Origin: Patescibacteria group bacterium
GTDB taxonomy: Bacteria; Patescibacteriota; Patescibacteriia; CAIXNZ01
Reading direction: 5' to 3'
Assembly (NCBI GenBank): GCA_041651155.1
Contig: JBAZJU010000007.1
Coordinates: 15,693-79,692 of the forward strand
DNA: 64,000 nucleotides
Numbering within the stretch: position 1 is the stretch's first letter; each line of letters begins with the position of its first letter. Shown one piece after another: positions 20,241 through 30,686 of this stretch. A program made the position numbers and the translations under genes. The notes beneath the pieces were generated by a model, which saw nothing but the letters and a program-made list of their open reading frames with translations, had not been told where the DNA came from and did no database searches.

Positions 20241-21551
20241 TTAAAGAGGGGGAATTTCCGCTGGCTGCAATTTTTGGCATTTTTTTACGGAAAAAGCATT
20301 ATAAAGCAGGCTCAACAAATAGCCGAATATTTGGGAACAAAAAATAGAAATGGCTATGGCAAAAATTGTCTGGTGAAAACGGGATATTAAAATCATTTCC
20401 AAGATGACAACGGCTGATAAAATATAATTAATTTTGAAATCATTCCTGGAATAAGCTAAATTCGCTTCCAGGCTCAAAAGCGACAATGACAGCGAAATAA
20501 GGGCAAATACCCAGAGATTATGAGCCATTGGCAGATATTTTGCGCCATAAAGCAAGCTAACAATCAGAGTGGGGAAATAATAATAAATTGCTAAGCCGCT
20601 TAAGCATATAATAAAAATTAGGGCATTGGCATAAAATAATGTTTTGTTGTCAAGTTTTTTATTTTGGCTATTTTGCGCGCAGGCTAAGGGCAAGACAACG
20701 GCAACTACAGATGAACTGGCCCAAAAGATTATTTTCCCCAGGATATTAAACGCGCCATAAAACCCCGCCGCTTCAGGTTTTAATAAGTTTTTCACCATCA
20801 GCATATCAACAGAACTAAGCATGGAAATTAAAAATGTAAAAAATAGGATCGGCAGAATTAAGCTTTTTATTTCCTTTTTTAACGCCTGGTCTGAAAAACC
20901 GTCTGCCCTCTTGTCTGGCGGATTTCCATAATATTTTTCTTTCTTTAAAAAAATCTTTAAAAATAAAAAACTAAATATGCCGGCTGCCACAATTCCCAGC
21001 AAAGCTGAAAAAACACTGGCGACAAACTGGACTAATAAAACACCGACAAATAATTTTACAGAAGCGCTCAAGATTGAATTCAAGCTGAGATGCTTAAAAT
21101 CCTGCCAGCCGTATAAAACTCCTGTTTTTATAACTATCAATAAGCTGAAAAAAACTCCCAGCCAGGTTAAAAACAAATTTGCGTAACTGCTTAAATGCAA
21201 ATATCTCATTAATAACGGGGAGAACAAAAGAAAAATCGCTGTCAAAATAACGGCTATTTTATAAATCTTCAGCCTTAACCAGTTATAAAACGCATAATTG
21301 CCCGGGTAATCATTTTTGGTAAAATACTCGGCTGAGTGTTTAATTGTGAAAAAGCTAATCGCCGCGCCCGGTACGGCCAAAATACTGATCAACGAGGTTA
21401 AAGATTGCAGCTCCCCATAGCCTGTTATGGTCAATTTACGCGAGACTAAAAGCTGAAAAATATAGCCTAAAAATCCAGCGGCAATATTGCCAAAGATCAA
21501 AATAAAGCTATTTCTAATAAACTTATTATGTAATAAGCGCCCTAAAGGCAT
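20241..21551 (-). CDS. Wzx-like oligosaccharide flippase / polysaccharide biosynthesis protein (MOP superfamily)
   Basis: 436 aa with about 12-14 TM helices, at the 5' end of the glycan operon. Confidence 0.55.
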   Translation of the reverse strand: MPLGRLLHNKFIRNSFILIFGNIAAGFLGYIFQLLVSRKLTITGYGELQSLTSLISILAVPGAAISFFTIKHSAEYFTKNDYPGNYAFYNWLRLKIYKIAVILTAIFLLFSPLLMRYLHLSSYANLFLTWLGVFFSLLIVIKTGVLYGWQDFKHLSLNSILSASVKLFVGVLLVQFVASVFSALLGIVAAGIFSFLFLKIFLKKEKYYGNPPDKRADGFSDQALKKEIKSLILPILFFTFLISMLSSVDMLMVKNLLKPEAAGFYGAFNILGKIIFWASSSVVAVVLPLACAQNSQNKKLDNKTLFYANALIFIICLSGLAIYYYFPTLIVSLLYGAKYLPMAHNLWVFALISLSLSLLSLEANLAYSRNDFKINYILSAVVILEMILISRFHQTIFAIAISIFCSQIFGYLLSLLYNAFSVKKCQKLQPAEIPPL

Positions 21552-21767
21552 TAGTGGCTGTTAATTCGTAATAAAAATTCTAAAAAAAATTAATCCAGAG
21601 TAATGACCTTATTTTACGCCAAGAAGATTAAGACGATGTAATGTATTTATTAAAATTTTCTAAAAAAACGTAACAGACCCCTTACCTTAAAAAATAAAAA
21701 AACATTGTATTCAAACAACGTTTTAAAACCGATCTGTTGGAGCCGGCTGTTCCTTTAAGGATAATAA

Positions 21768-23909
21768 TTAAAAATATAAAGGCAAGCTCACTTTAAAAAT
21801 ACTCCCTTGGCCTAATTCGCTTTTTACGTTGATCTCTCCGCCATGAGCCTGGACAATCCATTTACAGATTGCCAAGCCAAGTCCGCTGCCCTTTTCCTCA
21901 TTTGAATGATCAATCCTGTAAAAACGCGAAAAAAGATTGGGTAAATCCTTTTCTGCAATGCCAATGCCCTGATCCGCGATCTGAAAATAAACTTTTTGCC
22001 CATCCTGAGAAAGGTTGATTTTAATAATTTTTCCTGCAGGCGTAAATTTTAAGGCATTGCTGACCAGATTAAATAAAAGACTTTTTATTTTCTCACGATC
22101 TGCATTGATAAAAATATTCTTTTCAATATCAGCGAGCAATTCAATGCCCTTGTCTTCAGCCAAAATTAAAGAATCATCAAACATATTTAAAGTTAGCTCG
22201 CTGAAATTTATATTATCTTTTTTTAGCTCAACTTTGCCCACATCAGCCTTTGATAAAAAAATCAAATCTTTAATCAAATTTGAAAGCCTGTCAACCGATC
22301 TGTCCATCCTGACAAATGCTTTGTCAGTTTCAAATTCATTCAGCCTTCGATTGCTCATCAAACTCAAATTACCTTTTAAAACTGCCAGCGGAGTCTGCAG
22401 CTCATGATAAATATCAGCCATAAATAAAGCTTGATTTTCATTGAGATCTTCTAATTGGCGCGTGCGCCTCATAACCTTTTCTTCCAGATTTTTTGAATAT
22501 TTTTTCAGCTCGGTATAAAGAAAAATGTTTTCAAAAGTTAAGCTGAGATGGTTAATCAGACCTTCAAAAATCTGCAGATCCTGCGGATAATAAATTTCTT
22601 GCGAAAGTTTAGGGCCAAAGAAAAAAAAGGCAATCAAATTATTCTTTTTATAGACCGGCAAAATAAGAGTGACCGCGCTTTTTTTTAATAATTCATTGCG
22701 CCACTCAATTTGCTTATCATTGGCAATAAGTTTTTCCAATTCATTGGATTTATTTTGCAATGGTACAGGATATTTATACTTATTAAAATAATCAAGAATC
22801 TGTTTCGGACATTTAGTAGATTTAATAAAATAGGACATTTTCCTGTTAAAATTATGGTTTTTGATTATCATCGGCTCGCGTTTTTCATTTAAGACAACCA
22901 GCAAAATTTTATTTATCTTAACTCTGTTTTCTATAATATTAACGAAACAATCGAAAAATTCATCAAAATCAAATTTGTGATTGCAATTATCACTGATTTC
23001 TTTCAACACAACACGGGGATCATATGGATAGCGGTAAAAAAATTTATCAGTCTTTTTTTGAAAAAATAATTTAAAATTGGGGTATAATAACAGCATTAAA
23101 CTTGCCGAAATAATTGAACTTAAAGCTGGTGTAATCATGAGAGCAAAAAATTGACCAAATATGTAGATCAGCGAAGTGTAAACTGCTAAAAAGAAAGAAA
23201 AAGCTATGCCGTATAAAATCGTGATTTGGATTGCTTTTCTAATATCAAATAATTGGTGCCTTAAAATTGCATACGCAGTAAAAGCGACAAAAAAAACCGT
23301 GCTGAAATTTGCCAATCGAAAATATTGGATATTTACAATTTTTTGCAAAAAAATATTGACGAACAAAGTAAGCGTCACTGAAATTAGAGCTCCCAAAAAT
23401 ACACACAGCAGCTGCATCTTTTTTCTTGCTTTCAACTTTTTATAATTTAATACCCATTTGATGAAGCCCATGCCAAAATAAATTAAAGTAACAATAACAT
23501 CTCCGACAAATAAAGAACCATCTTCAAATAATAATCGGCCATTGGATAAATGAACATCTTTAATGATATATGGGGTAAAAAAACTTAAAAAGGCCAAGAT
23601 AGCTATGGGCAAAAATAATATTTTCGTAAAATATTTATATTTTTTACTTTCAGGAAAATTTAAAGCAAAAAGCAGAAAAAAATAAGCAAGCAATGGACCA
23701 AAAGAAAAATCAAGCTTTAAAAATAAATTATTCCATCTTAGACCTAAAGGCGCATTTTCTAAATAATTAAACACTAACCATACAATTATAAAAATAACCA
23801 AAATAAAAAAAGATCTATTTATCTTTTCTTTTGGCTTATCGCGCACTACCAGAACACCCAATAACGCCAGCATGATTACTATAATTAAAAAAATTAGATT
23901 TAGCATCAT
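21768..23909 (-). CDS. Sensor histidine kinase with N-terminal multi-TM sensor domain
   Basis: About 7 N-terminal TM helices; H-box IYHELQTPLAVLKGNL; C-terminal HATPase_c with DQGIGIAEKDLPNLFSRFYR and GSGLGLAICK (N, G1, G2 boxes). Confidence 0.8.
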   Translation of the reverse strand: MMLNLIFLIIVIMLALLGVLVVRDKPKEKINRSFFILVIFIIVWLVFNYLENAPLGLRWNNLFLKLDFSFGPLLAYFFLLFALNFPESKKYKYFTKILFLPIAILAFLSFFTPYIIKDVHLSNGRLLFEDGSLFVGDVIVTLIYFGMGFIKWVLNYKKLKARKKMQLLCVFLGALISVTLTLFVNIFLQKIVNIQYFRLANFSTVFFVAFTAYAILRHQLFDIRKAIQITILYGIAFSFFLAVYTSLIYIFGQFFALMITPALSSIISASLMLLLYPNFKLFFQKKTDKFFYRYPYDPRVVLKEISDNCNHKFDFDEFFDCFVNIIENRVKINKILLVVLNEKREPMIIKNHNFNRKMSYFIKSTKCPKQILDYFNKYKYPVPLQNKSNELEKLIANDKQIEWRNELLKKSAVTLILPVYKKNNLIAFFFFGPKLSQEIYYPQDLQIFEGLINHLSLTFENIFLYTELKKYSKNLEEKVMRRTRQLEDLNENQALFMADIYHELQTPLAVLKGNLSLMSNRRLNEFETDKAFVRMDRSVDRLSNLIKDLIFLSKADVGKVELKKDNINFSELTLNMFDDSLILAEDKGIELLADIEKNIFINADREKIKSLLFNLVSNALKFTPAGKIIKINLSQDGQKVYFQIADQGIGIAEKDLPNLFSRFYRIDHSNEEKGSGLGLAICKWIVQAHGGEINVKSELGQGSIFKVSLPLYF

Positions 23910-24049
23910 ATAAAAATTAACATTCTTTTATATAATTTTAACGTTATCATGCCAATAAAACAAGATCTGCATAATTTTTTGAAAAAATCTAAAAATTTTG
24001 CCAAAAAAAAGAGAGACAAAATTGTCCCCCTCAATTTTAAATTTTAATT

Positions 24050-25690
24050 TCACTTAACTTCATTTTGCCATGTCTGGTAGCAATCACATTCAGGAAATTG
24101 GACGGGCAAAAGATTGGTTTGGCGATATTTTTCAAGGATCAAATTGATCTCCTTATCGCACTGGCCACAATTGTGTGTAATGGCAATTGGCGGTGGATAA
24201 TCGTCAAAGTGCCCAAGAGAAACAGGATATTTTTGAGATAGCCGTGACAGTATATCCAGCACGCTCCAGAGCCAGGGCGGACGATACTCGCCTTTTTTGT
24301 AGATTTTTGCCAGCTCTGTTCCCTCTTGAATAAATGCTACCTGCAACAAGGTTAATTTTGAGCCATTGTTGCTTGCCCATTCAACCGTCTTTATGGTTTC
24401 AGCAATGGCTTCTTTTTCAGATAAACCGAGCGGTTTAAGCAGAACATACGTGCAGGGTATTACTCCTTCATTTTCTAAGAGTTTAACTGCCTTCTGATAG
24501 TCCCGCAGAGAAAAACCCTTGTTGATATTCTTTTCTCTGATCTGATCGCTAACAGTTTCCAATCCAATGGCCACCTTTAGAGTTAGACCAGGCCTAGCCA
24601 TTGCTTTTAGCTTCTGGACGTTTTCACCCGTGACGAATTCTGGACGAGATTCAATCATTACCTCTTTAATCTGACCAATCTGATTTAGACGTTTGAATAG
24701 CGAAGCCATGATGTGGTCGGGAATCTCCCAAAAACTGCCACCAGTGAAAAGATCAAGGCAGCTCGTATCTTTGAGGTGAAGCAAGGCCCTCTCAAAAATA
24801 CTGACGAAGTCGGTTAAATTGATTCCCATCATTTTGGCTATCCCCCAAAATTGGTCTAAACCACGCTGAAAGCCGCACATAGTGCAGCCGCCTTGAGCGC
24901 TTTTTGCCCAGTAACATCCGCCAGGGAAGGCAAAAATCATATGCGTCTCATTTTTCCGGCTGAAATGGTTAAAGACTTTGGTTAGGTAGTAAGGCAGAAG
25001 AGGATTTTTCCACTTAACAATTGCCGCGCAATTGCAGCTTTCTTCGTCAGGGTAATAATTCTCCAGAACATCTACCAGCTCCAACCCCATGTTGGTATGC
25101 AATCGAATCACAGGATCTAGCGGCCTGCCTTTTTCATCTGTGGCAAAGGCATATTCTTTTGCGGTCATTTTGTTTTTAACCTTATGGTAGCCGGGCAATC
25201 GAGGCGAACTAAGGGCAAAAGACAATCCCTTTTTTATGGCCAGTGCCATATATGCCTGCATTAATGCAGTGGCGACATTGGGTGGCGCATCTGGAATTAC
25301 TCCTATATTTGTGCCTGACAGCGTATCGCCCATGGGATCGTGGTTTCTAATTAGCCCATTATCAGTTCGCTCAAAATAACTTTTTGGTTGGTTTTCCCAA
25401 GAATAATCTTCCAGCAGAGCTGAAGCAATCCCTAGAACCTCGTTGCCTTTAACAGCAATTTTCACCCCTTCTGGGAAGATTTTCATCCGAGATACCAATA
25501 TTTCGGTGGTCGCGCGCTGGCTTTCTTTTGGCCAGGATTTATGTTCAGCTACGATCATAGCAGGTATATCTGCAAGCGTTGCATCTCTAATCAGGATGCA
25601 ATTTGCCTGCTGTAAATCCTCCTGCGTAGCCAAACGAATCATAAGCAATTCTTCTGGCTTTGCATTTTCTTTCATAACCCAGATTGACAT
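24050..25690 (-). CDS. Fusion protein: N-terminal GNAT-like acetyltransferase domain plus Elp3/YhcC-like radical SAM domain, with C-terminal Cys cluster
   Basis: The N-terminal ~230 aa are GNAT-like (IRLATQEDL...MIVAEHKSW...VLGIASALL). The motif GGCYWAKSAQGGCTMCGF matches the non-canonical C-x9-C-x2-C (GGCTFC-like) signature of the TIGR01212/COG1244 Elp3-related radical SAM family. A terminal CGQC...ECDC cluster is also present. Confidence 0.5.
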   Translation of the reverse strand: MSIWVMKENAKPEELLMIRLATQEDLQQANCILIRDATLADIPAMIVAEHKSWPKESQRATTEILVSRMKIFPEGVKIAVKGNEVLGIASALLEDYSWENQPKSYFERTDNGLIRNHDPMGDTLSGTNIGVIPDAPPNVATALMQAYMALAIKKGLSFALSSPRLPGYHKVKNKMTAKEYAFATDEKGRPLDPVIRLHTNMGLELVDVLENYYPDEESCNCAAIVKWKNPLLPYYLTKVFNHFSRKNETHMIFAFPGGCYWAKSAQGGCTMCGFQRGLDQFWGIAKMMGINLTDFVSIFERALLHLKDTSCLDLFTGGSFWEIPDHIMASLFKRLNQIGQIKEVMIESRPEFVTGENVQKLKAMARPGLTLKVAIGLETVSDQIREKNINKGFSLRDYQKAVKLLENEGVIPCTYVLLKPLGLSEKEAIAETIKTVEWASNNGSKLTLLQVAFIQEGTELAKIYKKGEYRPPWLWSVLDILSRLSQKYPVSLGHFDDYPPPIAITHNCGQCDKEINLILEKYRQTNLLPVQFPECDCYQTWQNEVK

Positions 25691-25838
25691 CTGACTCTCC
25701 TTTCTTGTTTGGAAATTTAAAGAACATTCGCAAATAAAAAACTCCCCCTTTTATTAAAGGATAATGTATTTAAAATTAAAAAAACTTTAACGTGGTGTTA
25801 AAGCTTTATTAAATCCAAATTAAAAATAAATTAAAACA

Positions 25839-26513
25839 TTATTCTTCCGAAATCTTATAGCCGCTGCCGTGAATCGTTTTAATCAATTTCTTTTTAAATC
25901 CGTCGTCTATTTTTTTTCTTAAATAACGCACATGGACATCCACTGTGTTGGTAAATGGATCTATATTCATGTCCCAAACATGCTCTAAGATCATACTGCG
26001 GGTTAAAACCACATTGGGATTTCTCATTAAATATTCTAACAGGTCAAATTCTCTATGCCTTAAATCTATTTTTTTATCATCTCTTTTAATTTCGTGCGTT
26101 TTTAAATCCATTTCCAAATCAGCGATTTTCAATTTAGTGCCAGTCTGGTAATATTTGCCCCGATTCATCAATGCCCTTATTCTGGCAATTAATTCTTCTA
26201 TGGCAAAAGGCTTAGTTAAATAATCATTGGCGCCCAGGTCAAAGGCTTCAACCTTTTTTTTGATTTCATTTTCTACTGTCAAAATAATCACTGGCAGTTC
26301 AGGCTTTGTTTCCCTGATTTTCTTAAAAACCTCCAAACCATAAATATCTGGCAATCTTAAATCCAAAACTACCAAATCATAGTCATTTATTAAGGCGCAA
26401 TAAATCCCGTCTTTGCCATTATTGGCGCAGTCAACTGCAAAGTGCTCTGCTTGCAAGCCCTTTTTAAGAAAACTGGCAATATCCTTTTCATCCTCTATAA
26501 TTAATATCCTCAT
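25839..26513 (-). CDS. OmpR/PhoB-family response regulator
   Basis: MRILIIEDE...DLVVLDLRLPD receiver domain; C-terminal winged helix (VLTRSMILEHVW...RYLRKKID). Confidence 0.85.
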   Translation of the reverse strand: MRILIIEDEKDIASFLKKGLQAEHFAVDCANNGKDGIYCALINDYDLVVLDLRLPDIYGLEVFKKIRETKPELPVIILTVENEIKKKVEAFDLGANDYLTKPFAIEELIARIRALMNRGKYYQTGTKLKIADLEMDLKTHEIKRDDKKIDLRHREFDLLEYLMRNPNVVLTRSMILEHVWDMNIDPFTNTVDVHVRYLRKKIDDGFKKKLIKTIHGSGYKISEE

Positions 26514-26723
26514 AATTTTAATATTAATGTGCTTATAGATTAGCTTTTTTTATGAAATATTACAAATCTTAATGAATTGCAAAAAAATTACGTCTAAATA
26601 TTAAGAATTATTTGAGTTTATAATAACTATTAGCCGATTAAATATAGATTAAATTTTCCTTAATTAAAAATTAACAATATAAAAAGAGAGTCTAAGAAAT
26701 ACCCCCTTTTTCATCTAATTAAA

Positions 26724-28574
26724 TTATTTTAATTTTAGCCATTTCATCAGTAATATCGTGCCCTTATCATTATAAGCCAAAGCTTTTACTATGCCCCAGT
26801 CTAAATTAGAAGTAGGCAACCGCTTCATATAATTTGCAAAAGCACGGATGGCAATGGCTTCTTTGGTTAAGTCTCGTTCCTCAGCTTGATTATAAGCTAC
26901 CATATTAACGAACTGCCAATCAAGATCGCTTGCGGGTTTTGTTTTGAAAAACTGTATAAACAAATCAATCGCTTGCCTTTCTTTCTCAAAATCGCGCTCA
27001 AAAAGCTGGGAAGATGGCTGGCCAGCAGAATTGTCAGCTTGCAATGAAGCCTGAATATTATTTTCTTCCGTTGTAAAATATTCTACATTAACGTCAGTGA
27101 CTTTGGGTTCAAAATTCGTATTGGGCCGATATAAATAAATAATATACTGTAAATACCGGCTCTGGTTTAAAAATGCTAAATCATTATTTTTTGGACTGGT
27201 AAAAAAAGCTGTCCTGTCGCCCTTGGGACCCCAAAAATCACCTTGCAACGGCAATTTATCTCCGGTCCTGACTTGAAACATAATCTCACCTGATTGATTA
27301 ACTAATTTTCTAATGTCCATTAGCCCAAACGCGGCATTGGCCAAAAAAACCTCGTCCATATCGCCCTTGAAAACATTAAGCATTTTTTCTTCTTTATCCT
27401 GCCAGCGATAGCCAACACAGCCTAACCAGCTAGGAAAATTATCTAGACTGAGTTTCGGCGATAATTTTATGGCGGCGCCATCATAATTTTGTGAGATATT
27501 TGTACACTCAATTCCGTTAATATAGATTTTTATGGTTTTGGCTTTATCATCATAAACCGCAGCCACGTGATACCAAGAACCTTTCTCAAAATTAAATTTA
27601 TTATTTTGGCCAATCACCCAGTGTTCTTTATTTCCATCAGGCCAATACATCAAAGATAAAGAGCCATTTTTAAAACCAAAAAAAAGATTATATTTTAATT
27701 CATAAGGCTTTTTATCAGCATAGTCTCCATAAGCTTTTGTAAAAATAGCAAAATTCTGATCTTCGCTGCCGTTGAGGGTATTGACGCTGGGCTGGATCCA
27801 GGCGCCAATCGTAAAAGAACCCGTAAAAGTAATATTCTGGGGAATCTTTACCATTGATTTATAACCATCAAATTTATAGGCATTAGAATTATAGATTCCC
27901 CTTGTTAGTCCGACTAAGTTGTTCTGACATTTATACTTAGCGTAAGCAGCTGCTGTGCAATTATCTAAAGAATCAAAATCCCAAATAGCCATAATGCCTT
28001 TGGGATAAACAGGCTTTTGATTATAATTATTATCCATTTCCCAGCTCAGACTTTTCCACTGGCTGATCGTCTTATCAGAACCTATTGGCTGTGATATATA
28101 ACTGCCGGCCAGCTGGCCAGCTTGCAAAGTGATACTGTTGTCATCCCATTGCGCTAAATTAAACTTGCCTTTGGCAAAATCAGTAGCTTCTTTAGCCTGG
28201 TATAAAGCGCTATAAACTTTAGGCTGGGCATCGCCTTCTCTGGGAATATTTAAAAAAATTAAGCTCACAATGACTAATTTTATGGCTAAAAATCCAAGAG
28301 TACTGCCAATAATTTTTTTCATCAAGCCATTAACATTTTTATGCTGATGAAAGGAAGCCGCATACGTGCCCTTATTATCTTTCTGCGCCAGATCATCAAA
28401 AGAGTCTGCAGGTTTTTGCAAGAGCAACTGCGGAGCAATTTTAAGTTTTTCCTGAAAACTTAATTGTTGGCCTAATGATTTAATGGCCTGGGCAACGCTA
28501 AAAACTAAAAAAATCAGCAAAATCAGCAGGACAATGTCTAGCAAATATGAAATTGTAAATAAAAGATAAAGCAT
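26724..28574 (-). CDS. Membrane-anchored extracellular protein with LamG/concanavalin A-like lectin domain
   Basis: N-terminal TM anchor; central WYHVAAVYDDKAKTIKIYINGIE jelly-roll signature; two C-terminal internal repeats (PASDLDWQFVNMVAYNQ and PTSNLDWGIVKALAYND). Confidence 0.5.
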   Translation of the reverse strand: MLYLLFTISYLLDIVLLILLIFLVFSVAQAIKSLGQQLSFQEKLKIAPQLLLQKPADSFDDLAQKDNKGTYAASFHQHKNVNGLMKKIIGSTLGFLAIKLVIVSLIFLNIPREGDAQPKVYSALYQAKEATDFAKGKFNLAQWDDNSITLQAGQLAGSYISQPIGSDKTISQWKSLSWEMDNNYNQKPVYPKGIMAIWDFDSLDNCTAAAYAKYKCQNNLVGLTRGIYNSNAYKFDGYKSMVKIPQNITFTGSFTIGAWIQPSVNTLNGSEDQNFAIFTKAYGDYADKKPYELKYNLFFGFKNGSLSLMYWPDGNKEHWVIGQNNKFNFEKGSWYHVAAVYDDKAKTIKIYINGIECTNISQNYDGAAIKLSPKLSLDNFPSWLGCVGYRWQDKEEKMLNVFKGDMDEVFLANAAFGLMDIRKLVNQSGEIMFQVRTGDKLPLQGDFWGPKGDRTAFFTSPKNNDLAFLNQSRYLQYIIYLYRPNTNFEPKVTDVNVEYFTTEENNIQASLQADNSAGQPSSQLFERDFEKERQAIDLFIQFFKTKPASDLDWQFVNMVAYNQAEERDLTKEAIAIRAFANYMKRLPTSNLDWGIVKALAYNDKGTILLMKWLKLK

Positions 28575-28809
28575 AGAATTATAATAACAAATAGCAAAAT
28601 CTAAATAAAAAAAGATCGGCTTTAAACTTATTATATTATAGCAAAATTTTTCACTTTTTTACAAGCCTTTATTTAATTGACAAAATATCTGTTTTTTAAT
28701 ATGTTTAAGGCACATAAAAAATTGTCTGGGGGGACAATTTTTTGATTTATACTTTCTTTGAAAAAAAACTCCGCCTGGCGGGTAAAAAATATCAATCAAG
28801 GAGGAAAAG

Positions 28810-29481
28810 ATGGAAAAGCTTCTGGTCTTCGCTTCGGGCGAAAAAGAAGGAGGCGGTTCAGGTTTTCAGGAACTGGTGGAAAATTCCAAAACTGGAGTTT
28901 TACCAGCGGAAATTGTCGCTGTAGTTTCTCATCATAAAAACGGCGGAGTGAAAGAGAAGGCTGACAAACTCGGCATTCCGTTTGAATTCTGGCCCGGTCC
29001 TTTTACAGCCGAGGGTTATCTGCAGATTTTTAACAAATACGGAGCGCGCTGGGTATCGTTATCTGGTTGGATAAAAATTGTCTATGGCCTGCCTGTCTGG
29101 CGCACTGTTAATATCCATCCGGCTCTTGTGTTTGGCTTTGGTGGCAAAAGTTGGTATGGACACAGTGTGCATGAACGGGTCACAGCTGCATTTAAAGAAG
29201 GCGGGATCACAAGCTCTGCCGTCTGTATGCATTTCGCGACCCCAATCATTGACGATCCAAAAGCCCTTTTCTTCAATTTCCCGGTTTTAATCCGGCAGGA
29301 CGATGATGCTGACAGCCTGAGTAAAAGAGTGAATAAAATAGAGCACAGCTGGCAGTCGCTCATTACCGGTTTAGTAGTTACAGAGCAAATCCGCTATCAG
29401 GAAGAGACAGTGCTTGTGCCTGCCTGGTACAAAGAACTTCCTTTTTGCCCTGAGACCTGCCGAGCCTACAAAACAAAATGA
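28810..29481 (+). CDS. purN: Phosphoribosylglycinamide formyltransferase
   Basis: VNIHPALV...GHSVHE formyltransferase core; RBS AAGGAGGAAAAGATG upstream. Confidence 0.8.
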   Translation: MEKLLVFASGEKEGGGSGFQELVENSKTGVLPAEIVAVVSHHKNGGVKEKADKLGIPFEFWPGPFTAEGYLQIFNKYGARWVSLSGWIKIVYGLPVWRTVNIHPALVFGFGGKSWYGHSVHERVTAAFKEGGITSSAVCMHFATPIIDDPKALFFNFPVLIRQDDDADSLSKRVNKIEHSWQSLITGLVVTEQIRYQEETVLVPAWYKELPFCPETCRAYKTK

Positions 29482-29542
29482 AAAGAAAAGCCCCGGACAA
29501 TTCCGCATTGCGGAAAGTACGGGGCTTATTTTTTTGGGTTTT

Positions 29543-30511
29543 TTACAAATCAAGTATTTCTATGGCTTGCCTCCAGTCATAGAAAACGAAATTGCCTGAG
29601 CCAGCATTTTCATTTCCCTTTTCAGGGTCGTAATTTGGATTGAAATATCCAAAGCGAACGCCTGCATTTTTGGCTAACCCGCCGTCTTTGTTGAGGTCAT
29701 CGCCAAAATAAATCGTCCTGGCCTTAGCAACTTCTTTGAATTCCTGAAATTGCCTGGCTGCTAATGAAGAAAACTGGCTTTTCAACCAAATTCTATAAAG
29801 CATATCAACCAGGATTGGATTTGGCTTGGCTGCCTGCACATAATCAATCTTAGTTGAACCGCGCAAATCATCGTCGGTTAGAAGCAGACACGGGCATTTG
29901 ATTTTCCAGGCAGCAAAAGTCTGCTTTATAAAGACCTCGTGCCCGGAAGAAATAATCCCAGAGACATTGTAGCTCCCTGGTTCCTGGCAGCGCAGTTTCT
30001 GGTAAAATTGCACAAAGCCTGGACAGGGGGTCGGATAGTGTTCTCCGATTTTGACAAGCAGAGTATTTAGCTTTGCCCGAACCAGAAATTCTGTAATGGT
30101 TTGTTCGGGTTTCTTGTCATCCCATATCCAGGGAAATCCCTTGCCAGAAGCCACGCAAGCAGAGAGCCTTTCATTCATGGGTTTCCCCATAAATTTGTCA
30201 TGGAAAGCTGCTTTTGCCTTGGTGATCAGAGATTGACGGCTACCAGGCAATTCTTTTTCTGCTTGTTCCAAAATAGCTCTTATCAGTTCTCCAGGCGCTC
30301 TGTTTTTCAGGCCATTAACTGAATGCAACAACTCAAAGGCATCTTTTTCCCAGATCATGTTAAGTGCCTGGCCATAAGCGCCTACCACGATATTGTCTGA
30401 CTCATTGGGTATGTGCAAGAAAGTATGGGCAACAGTGTTGTCAAAATCAAAGAAAAAAAACATTGTTTTTTCCAGCGATATCAGGAATCGCTTAAAGTCC
30501 TGCTTTGTCAT
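29543..30511 (-). CDS. HAD-superfamily hydrolase
   Basis: Motif I FFDFDNTV (DxDxT) and motif IV IYFGDDLNKDG. Confidence 0.6.
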   Translation of the reverse strand: MTKQDFKRFLISLEKTMFFFFDFDNTVAHTFLHIPNESDNIVVGAYGQALNMIWEKDAFELLHSVNGLKNRAPGELIRAILEQAEKELPGSRQSLITKAKAAFHDKFMGKPMNERLSACVASGKGFPWIWDDKKPEQTITEFLVRAKLNTLLVKIGEHYPTPCPGFVQFYQKLRCQEPGSYNVSGIISSGHEVFIKQTFAAWKIKCPCLLLTDDDLRGSTKIDYVQAAKPNPILVDMLYRIWLKSQFSSLAARQFQEFKEVAKARTIYFGDDLNKDGGLAKNAGVRFGYFNPNYDPEKGNENAGSGNFVFYDWRQAIEILDL

Positions 30512-30686
30512 AGTTTCCTCCTATTCTTAGACTAGGCAGTCGCTGTTTCTTGGCTAATCAATCAAGGCTAAAATGTTTAACTTTTGAAAGATCAATTGCT
30601 ATTTATTATCTAACTATAATATATTTAATAAGTCAACTAAATTGCGAATGTTGAAAAATTTTTCACTTGTGCTAAGCTGTAGATGT

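Noticed and set aside
28676-28810. Purine riboswitch in the purN leader
   Set aside because: The leader shows small hairpins (TTGTCTGGGGGGACAA, CCGCCTGGCGG) but not the conserved three-way junction sequence elements of the purine aptamer.
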